Assembly: GCA_010909165.1 (NCBI GenBank)
Contig: MU008211.1
Coordinates: 62,001-126,000 of the forward strand
Direction: 5' to 3'
Origin: Anthoceros angustus
Lineage: Eukaryota > Plantae > Anthocerotophyta
DNA: 64,000 bases
Shown in pieces: positions 56,843 through 64,000 of this stretch. The notes beneath the pieces are model-generated. The model was given only the letters and a program-made list of their open reading frames with translations. It was not told where the DNA came from and did not search any database. The position numbers and the translations under genes were made by a program. Position 1 is the first letter of the stretch; each line of letters starts with the position of its first letter.

Positions 56843-58248
56843 ACCTTGTTCCAAGTCGGCAGCAAATGCGCAAGCATGAAGGGCAGCTACAAAGACGTGA
56901 CCATTTGGCTTCACGCCCGACTTACGCATCTCATGGTGGAGTTGTATGGCCTCCTTAGCTTTCCCATGCTTAGCATGTGCGGAGATTATGGAACACCACA
57001 TGAAGGCATCTAGTTTTCCCACCCTGGTGAACACATCCATGGCCTCCTCTAGTCTACCTGCACATGCATACATGCGCAAGATATGGTTCCCCGTGGATGC
57101 TTTGGACTCGTACCCAAGTTTGACGGTGAGGTCATGAACTCGTCGCCCCACGACCCAATTCTTCTTAGCTTTACACAATTTTAGCACAGTGCAAAACAGG
57201 GAGTGAGAAGTAGCTGACTGTGTTTGCGCCACAGATTCCAGGGCTGCGCGGGCCTCAGGAAGCTTCCCTGGTGACATAACATGCTCACGGTTCCAGCCGT
57301 TAAATCGCCAATTTCCGATCCTTCACGCCTGCCAGGTTCAGGATTATCCGAATAGCTGGCCTTGCAAGGAGAGGGAGCACGGCCCATTTAAATATCCAAG
57401 GACACAAGCCGCTCATCAACCCAAGCTGGCTTAAACATGTTGTTTAACCACAGGACCTCGCCGGACCCCTTACGCTAGAAGTCGGGAGACCGGGAGCTCT
57501 TCTTATATTGTCTGTCATCCCACCACATGGTGGGGTCGAGAAAAAATTGTTGCCACAGGTGCTCCTGCTCCTGGCAATGCCCATCGCTAGAAAACCCGTC
57601 CTCACTCACACCTTTTCCCGGAAGCGGAAGTGCAAGTGGTGGGTTCCTTACAGTGCTGCACATGGACCCCATCACAGATCCTTCACGCCTGCTAGGTTCA
57701 GGCATATCCGGGGAGCTCGACTTGGAAGGAGAGGCACCATGAGCCAAATGCATATCCAAGGAAACCACCGGATCAACCCAAGTGGCAGGTTCAACCACAC
57801 GGACTTCCGGACCCCTTACGGAAGTGAGGCAAGCAGGTCAGTCAGGTAGTCCCACCACATGGTAGGTTCTAGAAAAAAATTGTTGCCACAAGCGCTCCTG
57901 CGCCTGGCCACAAGCATCGCTGGAAAACCCGTCCCCACCCACACATTTTTCCGGAAGTAGAATTGCTGAGCTCCTTATAGTGCTGCACCTGGGGGCTTGG
58001 TTGTTTGCCACACCTAGACTCTGTGATGTGAGGTGAGCGGGAGGTCCTCGTAGAATTCGTGTACGCACACAATTTTGTTGGGTCCACAACGGGTCCGCTT
58101 GCCATACTGTAGCCATATAGTTTAGGGACCGGTGATGGAAGATTGGGAGGCTAACAACACACTCAGGTATGTTAGGATTCAAGGTAGGTAACTTTTTCTG
58201 AATCATCTGAAGGAGAAGCCGTTTTACCATTCCAAGAAAATCCACCAA
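56843..58248 (-). pseudogene. PLS-class PPR gene fragment with N-terminal tandem OSB-type PDF motifs
   Basis: LWQQFF(L)EPTMWWD and LWQQFFLDPTMWWDDRQYKKSSRSPDF*RKGSGEVLWL, then VVGRRVHD..GNHILRMYACAGRLEEAMDVF...DAFMWCSIISAHAKHGKAKEAIQLHHEMRKSGVKPNGHVFVAALHACA; stop, frameshifts and 3' truncation. Confidence 0.85.
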
Positions 58249-59256
58249 ATTTCAAACCTCTTAGGAAAAAAAATTGTATAATACTAAACTGTAACTAAGA
58301 ATATAGTTAAATAATCATCAATAGAATGAAAATGGCTGATAGTCTAAAATCTTACGTGGAAGGAATCATATTCATGCACATGATGTTTAGTATAACGTTT
58401 TCAAATCTTATCATTAAATGATGTGGACGACGGAGGTGGGTCTTACTTTTTTACAATCAAATTAGCATTATCGCGATGCTCTATATAAATTTTTATTCCC
58501 CTCCCATTTGTGGCTTCCCTCTTTAGCCTGGCATATGGAAGTTATTTTTGAAATGGATACCTTTTACCATGGAGACAATCAATATGCGTTGTTAGAGCTA
58601 AATAGCTAGTTAGAGTAAAACTGAATTGCTAATAGTGAATCGACAAGCTACTTGCTATAAGAATTTATATTCATTGCGGTATATTTTTGCTAGTGTGTTC
58701 TTGAAAAACTAGCTTCTTCAAATATCTTTCACCGTAAGACTTATTGTTATCAATTTTCTTTTGTGATAACACTTGCTTATTGGCCTCTTGGATCTTCTAC
58801 GTATTTATTTCAAAGTAAACTGCATGCATCTTCATATTGATCTTCATATTTCCACAATCTTAGAACAAGCTATTCGGCTAATATTAGAAATCTGAAAGCA
58901 AGATGATAGGTTGCACGGAATATTTCAAATTTTGTCTATGACAGCTAGCACAAAGTTTTTTAACATGGAGATCAGTGTAAATGAACATTATATGTGAAGA
59001 TGCATCATTTCATGAATCAAATTTGAAAACCAAATTCTTCTTACATGCTATGATTTAGAGTTTATGAAGAAAAGTTGGGGGAAAAAAAGTATTTTCTCCT
59101 TGTACATTAGAATGCAAAAGTTGTAAGCAAAAACTTGATTTTCCACTATTATGCTTTGAGAGATTTAGCCAAAAATCTTAGTGTCTTGTTTGGCAGAAAA
59201 GCTAGATAAGTTTCGCTGTAAGTATTATTATATTGATAATCCTTTTGAATGGAATA

Positions 59257-62200
59257 TTATTTATGTTTTTGTTCTATATTTCCATTATGCTCGGCAATAG
59301 ATGGGAGAGTGATATTGGAATCATCACTTTGAAAGCTTCTAATATGTAACTTAGCATGGAGTGGCTTCAAAACTGGAGAAATATGTTGTTTTAAATGCTT
59401 AGATGATCTTTGGAATGTATCTGAAGGTTTAATTAATCTGTAGACAATATAAATGAACAAAAAATATCAAACTCTTCATCTCATACATCACAAAATATGG
59501 ATCAAATTTCAAGCCGTATACCTTTTATGATTTTCTTGAATAGAGGAGCAAAGTGCAAAATTCTCAAGAAATTTTGAGGAGCCCTAATTTATATTAAAAA
59601 TAACTATTAGATTATTGGTAAAATAGAAAGATATAGAATCCAAATGATATTTAAGTATAAAAATATTTTAAAATATCACAATAAAATTATAATTCATTAC
59701 ATTTTGAGCTACTTACATGCGTAAGCCAATTGTGTTGTAAAAGCTTATCTGGAGTCATTCTTTGAGTCATATCCCAACATAGACAACATTTCAAAAAGTT
59801 AATGAACAAGCTATCTTCACAACCAATAGCCACTCCGAGATCCTTAGTCCCTGGCCAATGTTTCTTGCCCCACGAATTTGAAACTATTCTTGGATTATCG
59901 TTGCAATCTGTAAAGGGTAATATATTAATTACATAAGGAACCCTTGTATGATCTTTCATAGATTGTGTTTGTAGTTTTAATAGTGACATTACAACTTTAT
60001 ACTATAATAATGCACAACCAATTGCATTGAATAGAATCAATATATTAACGTCAAAGGCGAGTTGGTATATGTTGTCCTATAAGTTTTAATCATGCTGCCA
60101 TAACCAATTACCTTTACATTACTTACCATAAAACATTTTTTTCCTTGTTGCTTTTTCCAAGACTTCCCGAGGTGGAACCCCTAATACCTCCATCATGCAA
60201 GCAAGTTGCTCAATTTCATTCTCCCCGGGAAAGAGGGGATATCCTATACAATTTCAACCATGATATTCTCATGATCTTCAAGTATGCATATTTTCAAATA
60301 GTTTGAAATAAAATTATTAAGCTAGAATTCTTATATATCTACTATTCATATTACCTGAATATAATTCAGCTAGTATACATCCTACGCTCCAAACATCAAT
60401 CATCATATCATAAGGCAATCCTAGATTATCACACAATACTTTATAATATGGATGGAGTCGTCCTTGTTAAACATAAGTTTAATTATTAATTCATTCATAA
60501 AAATTTAAATATTAAATCCATTAAACATGTACCTAGAATAACTTCGGGCGAGCGGTAGAAACGACTTTGGATATATGTGTACACTATCAATCAAACATCA
60601 CATATGTTAGGGCTATTTCTCAATTTATTAACACCAAATAACCATCATACAATGTGCTTTAATTCAACCTTACCTCTCTCATGTTCAAAACAACTTGAAC
60701 CAAAGTCTATGACTTTGATTTGTGACATTGAGGGATTTTGTAGAAGAATATTTTCTGGCTTCAAGTCACAATGAATAATGTGAAGGCTTCGTAAAAATTT
60801 AAGGGTGATAAGAAGCTGTGAAGCAAAACTCCGTATCACTGACATACTCATCCCTTGAAAGTTGTTGCGTTTGATAAGCTCATATAAGCTAATATCGTGC
60901 AATGCAAAAGAAATACAAAGATGGCCACGAAAGTAAAAGCTCTCATACATTGTGACAATGTTGTAACCTCCAACATCTTCTGTCGCCTGCAAAGACCTTC
61001 CACAAAGAAGTCACGCCATCAGACCTGTATGAACAAAACAAAACATAGACATAAAATTATGAATTCGCTATAATCTTATTAAAAACCTAATGGATGACTT
61101 CAAAGATAATATATGTTGTGTTTCGTCGTTTGCGCTTATTTTAATCGAATCAAGGTTGCTTTAAAAGATTTGTCTTTCAAGTCTAGCTAATCTACATACA
61201 ACATGAGTATATATGAATTGACTAACCTTTGCACGTAAGTGTTCTAATATCTTCACTTCAACCAAAGCTTGTTTATGAAATCGTCTTTTGTTACGGATGA
61301 TCTTGACTGCTCTCAAAGTTCTATGTTTATGATCAAAACATTTTAGAACCTGTCCAAAGCTGCCTTTCCCCAATATACCCATGATCTCAAATCTGTAGGC
61401 AATGTGATCATGCTCGACAATAATTAAATCTCCCCTTTCGTCATCAAAACCTGAAAACATCTAAAGTATATATATACATAAATACATTAGTATGCAAATG
61501 CAGGAAAAATAGTCTATATTTTTATCAACTCTAGTTAGCTAATAAAATGATGAAAATAAAAATTTTATCATAGTTATGGGTACCAAGTATATTTGAAGCA
61601 TGAACTTTCTGACATTCAGGACCAAGATAATAGATCTCAGGATAGGATAGAATCTCGCATTGTTCATACTCGCTTATGTGACCAGCACAATGCCTCAAAG
61701 CCACTACAAAAAGAAGAACATACTGCTTTAAAAATGATCAACTCTTACTAAATTTACTTAAATAATATATATCTCATTTTATTTGCCATTAGAGACTAAG
61801 AATTATTTTTATGTATATTAAAATATTATTAAATACTCGGACAAGACCACACATAATGTCTTACTCTCATGAGTTGCCGAAGCACCTGATGGAAAATTTG
61901 CAAGTCCATGAGTGTCAGAATTCTGCACAATAACCAAAATTGGTCGACATTTTCGACAAATTGGCGGTGGAGTCGCTCCAAACTAAACAATGACTCTTCT
62001 CAATAGCTTGTAGCATGTGAGATTTGATTTGAGCCATCATATGACCTCCATTAGCTAGATCAGTCAAATTGTTGCAAGAAGATTGAGTGCAAGTATATTA
62101 CGATTTTATCTAAAGTGGGTGATTAGTAATTATAATGGTACTCAAACTCCATATCTATGGAAGCAATAAAAACAAATCTAAGACAAGACTATGCATCTAT

Positions 62201-63967
62201 ATATAAAAAAAACTACCCACCAAAATATTCCATGAAAACTAATAAACACATTTATGATTGTCTAAATTTGCCATGGATGTTCACCAAGATTTATGAAGAT
62301 AAAAAAAACCTTGCTTTTCAAGAACTAGAGAGGAAATTTTTGGGTAGATTTAGTGACTAGAAGAATTTCTTACAATTGGTTTGTGATAAGAAGTAGGCAA
62401 CATTTTCCGCGGAGCACTTCCTCTTTCAGACAATAATATCCTTGGACTAGCTTCGCTCATCACCTTGCCAGTACAACAATGATGAAACATAGTGAGAAAT
62501 ACCTAAGCAAAATATTTAGTGAGAGGATAAGATGATTTGTTGGAAATTTGGGTTCTTAGTTCTTTTCTTGTAAAAGTAGGGGTGTTCACTAAAAAGCTGT
62601 TCTTGAAATTTTAATAGATATGTTCCTTACTTCATATGATGTTCTTGAGGTTTGAATACAATCTACCGGGCTACTGCCAAAACCTAATGCCAGCAAACAT
62701 GAACCATTAATGGTGATCTAGGATTATCACATAAATAAATTTTAATATATGAAAACTTGAAGATATTATTATATGGTTAAAATGATCTTCCAATTAAAAT
62801 AAAACTGTAATAGAGTACTACTAGGAATATGGGTGAACAATTAAATTAATCAATCGATACCAAGAGGAATTGATGAAAGGCCGTCCGATATGTTTAATGA
62901 TTTCACTCTATTACTTGACAAAGTCAGTTCCCCGGTGGAGCTTTGAAGTTTCCATCTGCCTTTTAGGTCTCTACACAATTATTCATATATCATTCACTAT
63001 GTTATAATTTTATTTATGAACTAGCATGAAAAATGAAAAGAAAAATAAGCTCCACTATGTTTGTACAACACCTTGATTTGATGGAGCAGCTATCCTCGCC
63101 TTGTCGGGTATACATACTAAAGTTTTTTTTCCTAAAATCTGATCCACTAGAACCAAGAGGAATTCGTCCATTGTTTTTTTTGCTTAATTGAATACTCTTC
63201 CCACTAGTTGTCGGCCTTGTACTAGAAGATTGTTTGGAAATACGATGAACTGACTTATAAGTATGACCTTTTATGGCTCTCTCAAAGTAATCAGTAGCAA
63301 TCTGTGTACTTCGGGAAATGGACGCGCCAACACTAAGTTCCTCATCTTTTGGCAAACACTGTGTGTTCTTTGTAGTGGTCTTTGAAGTACCAGTGTTTTG
63401 AGTGCAATTTATAAATGACACGTTATTTGTAGGGCCTACATGATTCATATTTGTGAAAGAAGGAGGAAAAAAATGAGATATTTTTTCCTTACCCCCGCTG
63501 CTTTTGATGTCTCTTTGGGGACTAGGGTGTTGTTTTATCAAAGGGGACTCATATAAATATTGTTGTCTAGGTGACCAAAATCTAGTTAAAGTACCATTAC
63601 CTTTTGCAGGTCTATCCAAATATGCTGGAAGTTTCTTATCACTTTGTTTGATTATATTGGGCATGATTTTATCTAATATATATTGCTGTCTACATGAAAG
63701 TGATTGCTCTAGATTATGCCCTTCCTCATATTGAGCTAAACTTTTTTGAACTTTACTTAAATTTAATGTGGGTAAATTGGATCTTACAAAAGTAACATTT
63801 TGCGAAGCTTTGCTTAAATCATTGGGTTGTCCATATCGATATGCTAGCTTTTGAGAGCGGCCATTGGTATTCATAAATTTTTGACTAGAGTTGAATGCAT
63901 GTTGCTCCAAATTTTTTGATTGGCCCTCATCGTTGAACTCCTTACGAGGTGCCATTTTATTATTCAA
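59257..63967 (-). CDS. Dual-specificity tyrosine-regulated kinase, class II (DYRK2/3/4-like), multi-exon; exact ends uncertain
   Basis: [106 protein letters not shown]; long Ser/Asn/Lys-rich first exon 63014-63967. Confidence 0.92.
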
Positions 63968-64000
63968 ATAAGAATGAATAATTTATCATGTTCTGATCAG

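Overview
Eukaryotic nuclear DNA, most likely from a non-seed land plant. This is an inference from ~70-130 bp GT-AG introns, a PLS-class PPR fragment, a class-II DYRK kinase and a plant cytosolic tRNA-Phe. Bases 1-26 kb are repetitive: a complete Ty1/copia LTR element (148-6868, minus), a frameshifted CACTA transposase with a long acidic tail, several mini/macro-satellites and a ~2.52-kb tandem unit with unknown ORFs. Bases 27.9-38.4 kb are a compact gene island: MAPR4/neuferricin-like and ER FKBP15-like genes head-to-head with 97 bp between ATGs, a LINE remnant, an intron-free ABCC1/2-type transporter and tRNA-Phe. Bases 38.5-58 kb hold more satellites, a disrupted WD40 gene, pieces of an LTR family with ~385-bp TGTGGAGTG...CACTCCACA LTRs and a large extra ORF, a hidden degenerate prokaryote-type N4C/N6A DNA methyltransferase fragment (~55.1-55.4 kb, too short for the ORF track) and an OSB-PDF-motif/PPR pseudogene. 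The last ~5.7 kb is an AT-rich multi-exon DYRK2/3/4-class kinase. Repeats are full of short indels while the unique genes read cleanly, so many frameshifts may be long-read assembly errors. All protein assignments come from motif recall, not from searches.
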